From positions 37,708-101,707 of the forward strand of contig JBIKWN010000004.1 of NCBI GenBank assembly GCA_044356295.1: a DNA stretch of 64,000 nucleotides. Direction: 5' to 3'. The position numbers and the translations under genes were made by a program. This document shows, one piece after another, positions 1 to 8,883 of this stretch (positions are counted from its first letter, which is position 1; the number at the start of each line of letters is the position of its first letter). The DNA is from Bdellovibrionota bacterium. Its GTDB lineage: Bacteria > Bdellovibrionota_C > UBA2361 > JBIKWN01. The notes below the pieces were generated by a model. It did no database searches. It saw only the letters and a list, made by a program, of their open reading frames with translations, and was not told the DNA's origin.

Positions 1-681
1 CAAGCTCAAGTTCCAAGACTTATTTACTGTTCAACAAATGGTGTTCATGGAGATGTTAAAAATCCTCCTGCTGATGAACTCGCACCGTATGCTCCATGTG
101 ATGTATATCAAGAGAGTAAAGTCGCATCTGAGAAAGTTGCTTTTGATTTTTACCATTCTCAAAAAATTTCAGGTGTTATTCTCCGTCCTGCAATGATTTA
201 TGGACCTCGTGATACACGCCTCGGAAAAATTTTTCGAATGATTCAGAAAGAAAAATTCTTTTATGTCGGAAAAGGTGATGCCTTATGTCATTTTATTGAC
301 GTACGTGATCTTGTGCATGCATTTTGGTTAGCGATGCAGAAAAATGAAGTATCTAATGAAGCATTTTTGATTGCAGGACAAGAAATTGTACCATTAGATA
401 GGTTTTGTAATCTTGTTGCTGATGTACTGAATGTAAAGCGTCCGTGGATTCATATACCACTGATTCCAATGCAGCTTCTGGGTGATCTGTGCGAACTACT
501 GTGTAAGCCATTTGGAATAGAGCCTCCTCTGTATCGAAGAAGAGTTGATTTTTATATTAAAAATAGAAGTTTTGTGACGAATAAAGCTGAAAAATTACTC
601 GGGTTTCGAGCAAAATTATCGTTACAGGATGAAATCAAAGATATAATTTCTGAATATAGACGTAAAAAATTTCTTGAATAA
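1..681 (+). CDS. NAD-dependent epimerase/dehydratase (extended SDR), 5'-truncated by window edge
   Basis: Frame is open from base 1: ...LIYCSTNGVHG...PCDVYQESKV (catalytic YxxxK)...ILRPAMIYGP, continuing into the 193..681 ORF (FIDVRDL motif). Confidence 0.88.
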   Translation, partial: QAQVPRLIYCSTNGVHGDVKNPPADELAPYAPCDVYQESKVASEKVAFDFYHSQKISGVILRPAMIYGPRDTRLGKIFRMIQKEKFFYVGKGDALCHFIDVRDLVHAFWLAMQKNEVSNEAFLIAGQEIVPLDRFCNLVADVLNVKRPWIHIPLIPMQLLGDLCELLCKPFGIEPPLYRRRVDFYIKNRSFVTNKAEKLLGFRAKLSLQDEIKDIISEYRRKKFLE

Positions 682-702
682 TTAAATCAGAAACGAGCTC
701 TT

Positions 703-2076
703 TTACGCTGCTTTGAAAGGATTAAATTCAGGTAGATTTTTTTTTTGAATAGGTGGAGTTGCGCCTTGAATAACTGCTTTATCTGCAAACCACTGAATGC
801 GAAGCTCGTCAAGCGCTTGCTCACTTAAAAAGTATTCCGGATTACCAGAATCAACAGGATCACAATCACCAGTGTTTTCAGCAAGATTGGTTTGTTTTTT
901 TGAATATTGAGCAATCAGAAGCATGAGTTTAAATTCAGCCCACTCGGTAGTGAGTCCGTCTCCAAAAAGTATGGGAAGTCTCTTAGAAAATTCAGTCGCT
1001 TCATATGTTGCAGATTCAAAAGTGCCAAGGGGTATTCGACTTGTAAGTACAATTGGTTTTCTTGCGGAAAAATCACTTAAGACATTGAGAACTGCTTCAC
1101 CAACGGCTCCACTTCCGAAACCTTTAATGATAAAACCATCTACATCTACAGATAGTTCCTGAGCTAATTTTTCAGCAGCAACTTTAGCAGAATGGTGAGA
1201 AGACATTTGAATAATATTGATCTTAACTTGATCAAGCGGTTTTCCCAGTTCAGGGACAATCATACTATCCTGCATTGTCACGCAACTTTGCTGTATAGAT
1301 TCTTGTCTTGGAAATTTAACAAACCCTCGATAGGGAAGTCTATAAACTCTTGCAAAATCTTTTTTATCTGAGCGTATACTTCTAAAAGAGTCAGAAATAC
1401 TGCCATTAATTTTAGTTACTTCATGGGCTGGGATAATTTTATGATTACAAATAATATAAAATCCTGGCGGAAAATTTTTACATTGAGCCGCAATCGTTGC
1501 GTCATGAAAATTACTTACAGCATCGGATTTATGGGTATTTGCTGGCTTCATACCCCCTATAAGAAAGACTGGAACGGAAGGTGCGGGAATAAGAAGCGAT
1601 AAAAATGCGGCAGAATCTGCCATTGTGTCGGTGCCGTGTGTAATAAAAATTGAGTCAGATTTTTTTTGCGTCAGCGCTCTAATCACAAGGGATGCTAAGC
1701 GCATTTTTTTATCTTGATCAGAGTTGATGCTGTCATATAGTTTGCCGACATGTTCAGGATCCCTCGGTTTGGCAAAAGAAAAATGAGCGAGGTTACATGA
1801 TTTTTTTAGTGATGTTGTTAGTAATTGTCCAATATGCGAACGAGGTGAAAGGTTCATCTGCTCAGTCATTTCCGAAGCAAACGTACCACCTGTTTCAATA
1901 ATATAGATACGAGCCTTTTCAAATTTATTTCTAATACTCTCTTGTGCCCGAGTAAGAAAATTATGTTTAGGAAAAGATTTTTGGCAAGAAAGCGAATGTT
2001 GGTTTAGGTCGATACATTCGCACTGCTCATTTGGCGATCTTGAATTTTCGTTAAGAAAGAAAGTTCGTATACACAT
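703..2076 (-). CDS. L-asparaginase family protein (type I-like) with N- and C-terminal extensions
   Basis: ETGGTFA and THGTDTM catalytic Thr motifs, EVTK, C-terminal domain GFGSG and VLTSR. Confidence 0.85.
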   Translation of the reverse strand: MCIRTFFLNENSRSPNEQCECIDLNQHSLSCQKSFPKHNFLTRAQESIRNKFEKARIYIIETGGTFASEMTEQMNLSPRSHIGQLLTTSLKKSCNLAHFSFAKPRDPEHVGKLYDSINSDQDKKMRLASLVIRALTQKKSDSIFITHGTDTMADSAAFLSLLIPAPSVPVFLIGGMKPANTHKSDAVSNFHDATIAAQCKNFPPGFYIICNHKIIPAHEVTKINGSISDSFRSIRSDKKDFARVYRLPYRGFVKFPRQESIQQSCVTMQDSMIVPELGKPLDQVKINIIQMSSHHSAKVAAEKLAQELSVDVDGFIIKGFGSGAVGEAVLNVLSDFSARKPIVLTSRIPLGTFESATYEATEFSKRLPILFGDGLTTEWAEFKLMLLIAQYSKKQTNLAENTGDCDPVDSGNPEYFLSEQALDELRIQWFADKAVIQGATPPIQKKNLPEFNPFKAA

Positions 2077-2264
2077 ATGGTCTGCCTAAAGTGTGCATGA
2101 AGACTAGCGCGAATGTGTTTTGAATCAAGTAAAAAAAACAACCTGCTTCAGTTATTTCTAGAATGATCATTCAGTCTTAGTATTATTATGCTTATAGTGC
2201 TCAAAAAATGAGCTTTTTAATGATTAAAAAAATCCAACAGCAAGTATGCTTTGTTTAAGTTACT

Positions 2265-3038
2265 TTAACTATTTTTTATCCTATACATGATTTGTCGGTA
2301 GAGTAAGCCTATTAAGGAGCATTCCTTTAGAGTACTTGAACCGATAGGGGATTTAAGACTTACTAATGATATTGAGGTTGGTACTGTATTCGATTCTATC
2401 TCAAATACGCTAATATATGTTGCAGAAAAGAAAGCTTCTTCTTTCAGCGGCAGAGGATCTGAGCCACATAGAATTGTTTTTTGGCATTTTTCAGAGATGT
2501 ATTTTAATGAATCAAGACGTGGTCTTCCAAATATATCTCCAATAAATAAATTTTTAGAACTATTTAAGAAGGCTTCATAAACAGTTTTTCTTCTCGCGCC
2601 AATCCACTTCCCAAAAGACCACGGTATCACAACGATTTCATTTAATTCCAAAAGTTTCTGCGTTGTTTCAATAAGTGATAGTCCGTTTGGAACTGCAGTT
2701 CGTTTCGAAATGCAAAGTGCTTCAAGTCCTTCCGATGTTTTAATTTGCTGACCTTGATATATATAAAGAGGTGTTCGATGAGAATTATGAGTGACCTTTA
2801 AGCAGGTTTCTGAGATATACTCTATAGAACAATGAGCAACAGCTTTGTTTGTTTTCCAAATATTAAAGAAGTTTTCGCTCGATCTTTCAGTGAGTATAAT
2901 TCCAAATGCTATTGAAGTAAGCTCTTTATAACCTAGTAATGTGGTATGTAATTCAAAATTTTCAAATGTACTATCAATCCATTGTTTAAGTGAATAGTTT
3001 TCATAGTAATGAACATGAGTATCAAGTAAAAAAATCAT
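2265..3038 (-). CDS. PHP-like (metal-dependent phosphoesterase fold) hypothetical protein
   Basis: N-terminal DTHVH, ILTER and C-terminal GSD motifs; overlaps the mutY stop codon (translational coupling). Confidence 0.55.
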   Translation of the reverse strand: MIFLLDTHVHYYENYSLKQWIDSTFENFELHTTLLGYKELTSIAFGIILTERSSENFFNIWKTNKAVAHCSIEYISETCLKVTHNSHRTPLYIYQGQQIKTSEGLEALCISKRTAVPNGLSLIETTQKLLELNEIVVIPWSFGKWIGARRKTVYEAFLNSSKNLFIGDIFGRPRLDSLKYISEKCQKTILCGSDPLPLKEEAFFSATYISVFEIESNTVPTSISLVSLKSPIGSSTLKECSLIGLLYRQIMYRIKNS

Positions 3039-3886
3039 GGAAGTGTGATTGTGTTTTTATTGATATGGATTAAACCATCATGATTTAATTTCTGAATGAT
3101 TGATGGAATTACTTCTGATCGTTCTGGAAACATACTTTTTATGAGTGCAACCGTACATCTCTTTTTAGTAATCAGCAATTTTAAAATGGCACCTCGAACC
3201 TCTCGTTGTGATCCTTTGAATTTACTTTGTTTTGAATAATGTACACTTTTTGTGTGTTGTCGATTTCCTTGGCTCTTCAGTAAAGTCCCGTAATCCATCA
3301 GAGCCCAATACCAATCTTTAGCAGAACATAATGAATTATCTGGAATACTAAGCTCAATGAGATTTAAGAGAGAGCTATCTGATATTTTGATTTTTTTTCG
3401 GGCGAAAAAAGAATCAATAAAAACCGTACGAATATTTGTTTCTATCATTACAACAGGTTTATTGTAAGCAAAAGCTAGAATTGCATGAGCTGTATAATGC
3501 CCAATGCCAGGGAGTGAAATAAGTTCTTGAAACTCCTGAGGCACTTTTCCATTAAATTCTTTTTCGATAATTTTTGCAGCCCGGTGGAGTGCTACGGCTC
3601 TTCGGTTATAACCAAGGCCACTCCAATATTTTAAAACTTTTGAAAGTGGTGCCCGCGCTACCGATCTAATCGTTGGAAATGTTTGAATCCATTTTAAATA
3701 TTTTTCTATGACTCGTGGTACCTGAGTCTGTTGCAGCATATATTCAGAAACTAGAATTTTATATGGATCACTGGTTTCTCTCCAAGGAAGGATTCTTTTA
3801 TGGGTCAGATACCATGCCAGTACTTTCTTCTGAAAGTTCAGAATATCACTGTTTTTCCTTAATTTTTTTAATGTGCTCTTGGGCAT
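3035..3886 (-). CDS. mutY: A/G-specific adenine DNA glycosylase MutY, short form without Fe-S cluster motif
   Basis: LPWR, VSEYMLQQTQV, WSGLGYNRRA, HhH LPGIGHYTA and ALMDYG motifs. Confidence 0.88.
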   Translation of the reverse strand: MPKSTLKKLRKNSDILNFQKKVLAWYLTHKRILPWRETSDPYKILVSEYMLQQTQVPRVIEKYLKWIQTFPTIRSVARAPLSKVLKYWSGLGYNRRAVALHRAAKIIEKEFNGKVPQEFQELISLPGIGHYTAHAILAFAYNKPVVMIETNIRTVFIDSFFARKKIKISDSSLLNLIELSIPDNSLCSAKDWYWALMDYGTLLKSQGNRQHTKSVHYSKQSKFKGSQREVRGAILKLLITKKRCTVALIKSMFPERSEVIPSIIQKLNHDGLIHINKNTITLP

Positions 3887-4601
3887 ATGGTGCCAAAAGC
3901 AAAGAGCTTACTTCTTTTGCTCTTAATGTAAAGGTCTCTTTGGTAATTGGATTAAAATTAGTGATTAATTTTTTATTCTCTGAAAAAGCATTTGGGTCAA
4001 GCGAAGCAAAATGATTGAGCTTCTTTTCAATACTACTATAAAAAGATTCTTTTTGAGCTATGGTATGAAATAGACCATTTTGATAGCACCAATCTGATCC
4101 ATACCAATCTGTACTCAAGCAGAGCTGTTGAAAAGCTCCAATGCCAATTCTTTTAATAATTGCAGGGCTTACCGTAAAGGGTCCAATTCCTAAAGAAAGT
4201 TCACCGAGTTTTACAGAAGCACTCTCACCTGCAATTACCCAATCAGCGGCGGCTATGATACCGACTCCACCTCCGACTACTTTTCCCTGAACGGTAATAA
4301 CCACTGGTTTTGGTGAGTCGTATATTGCAAGCATTACATTTGCAAAACCCATAAAATACTCAGTGGCACGAGCTGGCTCTGTTATAGTAGATAGCTCCGC
4401 TAAAGAAGCTCCAGAACAGAAGACATCTCCTGGGCTTTTCAAAAATAGTACCCGGATCGCTTTATCTTGAGAGGCTTTATAAATCAACCGAGCAAGCGTC
4501 TGTAACATGTCAGTTGTCATCGAATTTGCTGTATTCGACGAAAAAGTTATTTCACAGATATTTCCTCGAATCTGCTCTGTTACGGAGGCTAAAGATTGCA
4601 T
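3846..4601 (-). CDS. Enoyl-CoA hydratase/isomerase (crotonase) family protein
   Basis: FCSGASL, PKPVVITVQGKVVGGGVGIIAAAD and ELSLG crotonase motifs. Confidence 0.9.
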   Translation of the reverse strand: MQSLASVTEQIRGNICEITFSSNTANSMTTDMLQTLARLIYKASQDKAIRVLFLKSPGDVFCSGASLAELSTITEPARATEYFMGFANVMLAIYDSPKPVVITVQGKVVGGGVGIIAAADWVIAGESASVKLGELSLGIGPFTVSPAIIKRIGIGAFQQLCLSTDWYGSDWCYQNGLFHTIAQKESFYSSIEKKLNHFASLDPNAFSENKKLITNFNPITKETFTLRAKEVSSLLLAPYAQEHIKKIKEKQ

Positions 4602-4618
4602 ATTCTTGGTAGTTTAAT

Positions 4619-5044
4619 ATGGAAATAGATTCATCGGTACACTCAAAAGTTACAGCACTATTTAGCGGTAACCCGCAAACGATACATGATGCCTTAGGGA
4701 TTGCCTTTAAGAAGTTATCTAAAAATGAAGTACAGGCAACAATGCCTGTTGATGAAAGAACCAGACAGCCTTTTGGGATCCTTCATGGTGGTGCTTCAGT
4801 TGTATTGGCAGAATCCTGTGCTTCAATTGGTGCTTGGCTCAATATTGATGAAAACAAATATAATGCTCTTGGAATAGAGATTAACGCTAATCATCTTCGT
4901 TCTGTTACTCAAGGTATCGTTACCGCATCAGCAACTCCGCAACGACTTGGTAAGAGAATTCAAGTATGGAATATCAGTATTACAGATGAAGATCAAAATG
5001 AGATTTGTATTTCAAGATGCACAATCGCAGTGGTAGAGAAATAA
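4619..5044 (+). CDS. Hotdog-fold acyl-CoA thioesterase (MenI/YdiI-PaaI family)
   Basis: QPFGILHGGASVVLAE and GIEINANH motifs. Confidence 0.92.
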   Translation: MEIDSSVHSKVTALFSGNPQTIHDALGIAFKKLSKNEVQATMPVDERTRQPFGILHGGASVVLAESCASIGAWLNIDENKYNALGIEINANHLRSVTQGIVTASATPQRLGKRIQVWNISITDEDQNEICISRCTIAVVEK

Positions 5045-5048
5045 ATTC

Positions 5049-6740
5049 ATGAATGAAAGTAACGATACGAAGCAGTCAAAGAAAGAATTTATTAGAAACG
5101 CGTGGAGGCTTATCTATCCTTACTGGCTCTCTCGTGAATGGAAAATAGCATGGATACTTTTAGTAACAATTGTATCCCTGAATCTTGGGATCGTGTATGT
5201 AACTGTTTTAATAAATACATGGTATAATGCATTTTATAATTCACTACAACAAAAGAATTTTAATGATTTTAAATCATTAATAATTGAATTTTGTTATTTG
5301 GCTGGAATATACATAGTTGCTGCCGTTTACCGTCTCTATTTGCAGCAAATGCTCACCATTAAATGGAGGAGTTGGCTCACCGATAATTTTCTTACGATCT
5401 GGCTCACGCAGAAGAGATTTTATTCCCTTGAGTTATTTAAATTTGGAACAGATAACCCCGATCAACGAATTGCCGAGGATCTTCGAAGTTTAAGTGGAGG
5501 AACATTATCTCTCGCACTTGGATTTTTATCTTCTGTCACGACGCTCATTTCATTCTTCATGATTCTTTGGAACTTATCTGGACCGATTGAATTAAATCTT
5601 TTTAATACATCAGTAGTTATTCCAGGCTATATGGTGTGGGCTGCGTTTCTCTATGCTTTCTTTGGAAGTATTCTTACGCATGTTATTGGTAAAAAACTTA
5701 TAGTACTCAACTTTAACCAACAAAAAAATGAAGCTAATTTTCGTTATTCACTAGTCAGAACGAGGGAGTATGCAGATGCTATAGCACTGGCTGAAGGTGG
5801 TTCTAAAGAGTTATCAAATCTTAAAATATCATTCTCTTCTATCCTCAATAATTGGTGGATGATAATGCGGTATCAAAAACGCCTTACTTGGTTTACTTCA
5901 GCGTACGGACAAGCCGCTGTTATTTTCCCCCTCGTTGTTGCTGCACCACGATACTTTAGCGGTGCAATCGAACTTGGTGCTCTTATGCAGATATCTTCAG
6001 CATTCGGAAGAGTTCAAGATGCACTTTCATGGTTTATTGATAGCTATACAGGGCTGACTGAATGGAAGGCAAGTCTTGATCGATTACTTGGATTCCAACG
6101 TGCTGCAAACATTGCTGATGAATTACAAAATAAAAAAGATCTCACCATTACACGGTCTGATACTATAGAAGGTGTGCTTTCATTATCACTTCCAGATGGA
6201 AGAATATTAAAAGATAAATTGAATCTTAAAATTAATCCAAAAGAGCATACCTTTATTTCAGGAAGGTCTGGTTCTGGAAAAAGTACATTATTTAGAGTTT
6301 TTGCCGGACTGTGGCCGTTTACTTCTGGAAAAATTCAACTCCCTGAATCTGATACATCATTATTTTTCCCGCAGAAGCCTTATTTGCCGATAGGCACCCT
6401 GCGTTCAGCATGTTTTTATCCAAAAGATGAAGATAGCTCTTTTGATGATGACATTGTTGGATATTTTCGGGAATTAAATTTACCACTAACGAAAAATGAT
6501 CTTGAGCAATCAAAAGATTGGTCAAAACATCTTTCTCTAGGCGAGCAACAACGCATTGTTCTCATCCGTGCAGTAATTTTAAAACCTAATTGGCTGTATC
6601 TCGATGAAGCTATGGCAAGTCTTGATATACAAAGCGAACAAGCTGCGAGACTTTTTTTACAGAAGTATCTACCTCATGTTTCCATAGTTGAGATAGCGCA
6701 TCATTCAAATATTGAACAAATAAATACGATTAATTTTTAA
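5049..6740 (+). CDS. Fused ABC transporter permease/ATPase, YddA/ABCD-like (SbmA/BacA-related TMD)
   Basis: NPDQRIAED, EANFRYSL, Walker A GRSGSGKS, PQKPY, LSLGEQQR, Walker B LYLDEA. Confidence 0.92.
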   Translation: MNESNDTKQSKKEFIRNAWRLIYPYWLSREWKIAWILLVTIVSLNLGIVYVTVLINTWYNAFYNSLQQKNFNDFKSLIIEFCYLAGIYIVAAVYRLYLQQMLTIKWRSWLTDNFLTIWLTQKRFYSLELFKFGTDNPDQRIAEDLRSLSGGTLSLALGFLSSVTTLISFFMILWNLSGPIELNLFNTSVVIPGYMVWAAFLYAFFGSILTHVIGKKLIVLNFNQQKNEANFRYSLVRTREYADAIALAEGGSKELSNLKISFSSILNNWWMIMRYQKRLTWFTSAYGQAAVIFPLVVAAPRYFSGAIELGALMQISSAFGRVQDALSWFIDSYTGLTEWKASLDRLLGFQRAANIADELQNKKDLTITRSDTIEGVLSLSLPDGRILKDKLNLKINPKEHTFISGRSGSGKSTLFRVFAGLWPFTSGKIQLPESDTSLFFPQKPYLPIGTLRSACFYPKDEDSSFDDDIVGYFRELNLPLTKNDLEQSKDWSKHLSLGEQQRIVLIRAVILKPNWLYLDEAMASLDIQSEQAARLFLQKYLPHVSIVEIAHHSNIEQINTINF

Positions 6741-6970
6741 GAAGGAAGCATACTAGGTAATTGTAGATTGTTCATGATTCGTTCAACGCAACAACGTTAA
6801 AAGCTTTCAGTTTCATGAAAGAGCAAAAAATATAAAAAGATGCCACAGGCTTATTTTATTAACCACCTGAAATAACTCAGAAAAATAAAATTTATTAGTC
6901 AAAAAACTGATAAATTTCGAATACTTATCATAATAATAATCATCTAATATGAGACACTGTAAACCTCAGC

Positions 6971-7876
6971 ATGGAAGCCGAAAAACTTTACCAATCACTT
7001 TATACAATTCGTCATTTCGAGACGCGTCTTCTTGAGTTGTTTGGAGAAGGAAAGTTAAACGGGACTACTCATGCTTACATTGGACAAGAAGCAAATGCAG
7101 TTGGAGTTATCACGCATCTCCAAAGCGATGATGTTGTTTGGAGCAATCATCGATGTCATGGACACTACCTTACCTATACGAACGACCTTGAAGGATTAGT
7201 CCACGAGCTTGTTGGTACCTCAAAAGGAACATGTGCTGGTAAAGGTGGCAGTCAACATCTTTGTAAAGGAAATTTTTTTACGAATGGAATTCAAGGAAGC
7301 ATTACTGCAGTAGCAGCAGGGATGGCACTTTCTCAAAAGCTATCAAACTCAAAAGCAATATCGACTGTTTTTATTGGTGATGGAACGCTCGGTGAGGGGC
7401 TTGTTTATGAAGTCATGAATATTGCATCACTTTGGAAACTTCCGATTCTATTTGTACTTGAACATAATCAATATGCTCAGAGCACTCCAGCAACATTGGA
7501 AGTTTCAGGGATACCAAAACTTCGACCTGAAAGTTTTGGTATTAAAACATTTGAAATAGATTCAAATGACATTAATGAAACATATTTATTTGGGCAAGAA
7601 ATAACAAATTTTGTTCGGACCAATCGGCTACCAGCATTTGCAATAATGCACACCTATCGGCTGTGTCCACACAGTAAAGGTGATGATTTTCGCGACATAT
7701 CAGAGATCGAACACTGGAAAACAAAAGATCCAATTGGATTTGCTCAAAAACTTTTAGCGAAAGAAGCGATCAATCAGATAGAAGAATCTGTTCATGAAAG
7801 AATGCACAGTGCTGTTCAAGATGCATTATCTTTATTTGAGCAGCAAAAACTTGCTCGAAAGGAGGCAATGACATGA
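6971..7876 (+). CDS. ThDP-dependent dehydrogenase E1 alpha-like subunit
   Basis: GQEA, SNHRCHGH, GKGGSQH, ThDP motif GDG...EHNQYA, YRLCPHS. Confidence 0.93.
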   Translation: MEAEKLYQSLYTIRHFETRLLELFGEGKLNGTTHAYIGQEANAVGVITHLQSDDVVWSNHRCHGHYLTYTNDLEGLVHELVGTSKGTCAGKGGSQHLCKGNFFTNGIQGSITAVAAGMALSQKLSNSKAISTVFIGDGTLGEGLVYEVMNIASLWKLPILFVLEHNQYAQSTPATLEVSGIPKLRPESFGIKTFEIDSNDINETYLFGQEITNFVRTNRLPAFAIMHTYRLCPHSKGDDFRDISEIEHWKTKDPIGFAQKLLAKEAINQIEESVHERMHSAVQDALSLFEQQKLARKEAMT

Positions 7877-8883
7877 ATAATCAGAACAAAAAAAGATTTG
7901 TCACTGTTCTGAATGAAACGCTCCATACTTTATTTGAAGAGCACGAAAATGTAGTACTTATTGGTGAAGACTTACTTGATCCTTACGGTGGAGCTTTTAA
8001 AGTTTCAAAAGGACTATCGACTGCTTATCCAGAGCGAGTCATTACTTCACCCATCAGTGAAGCCGCAATTGTTGGCATTGGAGCAGGCCTCGCAATAAAA
8101 GGGTTTTTGCCAATAATTGAAATTATGTTTGGTGACTTTACGACACTTGCTTTTGATCAAATAGTGAATGGCATCTCTAAGTTTCGTTCGATGTATAATA
8201 ATCAAATAGAATGTCCTGTGATGATACGAACGCCTATGGGTGGTGGACGTGGATATGGTCCAACGCATAGTCAAAGTTTAGAAAAATTCTTTTTTGGAAT
8301 ACCACATTTCTTAGTTCTTGCTCCTCATACGATTCATGATGTTGAATCATTTTATAAAAATGCACTGTTAGATCCTCGTCCGAAACTAGTTGTAGAAAAC
8401 AAATTACAGTACGCAGAATTTGTTGAATTCGGGAGTGATAAAATTAAAGATTTTTTTGTAAGCTATTCAAATACTCCTTTTCCAACAGCAACACTATCTC
8501 TTGCTCAACAGAGCAAAGTCGATGCAACTATTATCACGTATGGTGGTATGGTTTCAGTTGCGCTGGAGGCAGCAGAAAAATTATATCTTGAAGAAGAGAA
8601 AATTGTTGAAGTTCTCGTGCCGACAATGATATCGCCCTTTCCCCTAAAAGATATCGAAAATTCAGTTCGTAAAAGTGGAAAAGTATTAATTCTGGAAGAG
8701 GGTACGAAAACAAATGGATTTGGAGCTGAAGTCGCTTGTCAGATTCAGGAACACCTTTTTAGCTGCTTAAAAGCTCCTGTAAAGAGAATAGCAAGCCCCG
8801 ATGACTGTATTCCTAGCTCTAAAGCATTAGAAATCCACTTTTTACCTCAGGTAGATCTGGTTTATCGTGAACTCCTCTTATGA
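7873..8883 (+). CDS. ThDP-dependent dehydrogenase E1 beta-like (transketolase-C) subunit
   Basis: GEDLLDPYGGAFKVS, PISEAAIVG, EIMFGDF, GPTHSQ, LEEG; ATGA overlap with E1alpha. Confidence 0.93.
   Translation: MNNQNKKRFVTVLNETLHTLFEEHENVVLIGEDLLDPYGGAFKVSKGLSTAYPERVITSPISEAAIVGIGAGLAIKGFLPIIEIMFGDFTTLAFDQIVNGISKFRSMYNNQIECPVMIRTPMGGGRGYGPTHSQSLEKFFFGIPHFLVLAPHTIHDVESFYKNALLDPRPKLVVENKLQYAEFVEFGSDKIKDFFVSYSNTPFPTATLSLAQQSKVDATIITYGGMVSVALEAAEKLYLEEEKIVEVLVPTMISPFPLKDIENSVRKSGKVLILEEGTKTNGFGAEVACQIQEHLFSCLKAPVKRIASPDDCIPSSKALEIHFLPQVDLVYRELLL

Noticed and set aside
3846..5044. Menaquinone pathway pair menB/menI
   Set aside because: The crotonase lacks the MenB-specific FCSGGDQ motif (it has FCSGASL), and no other men genes are present.
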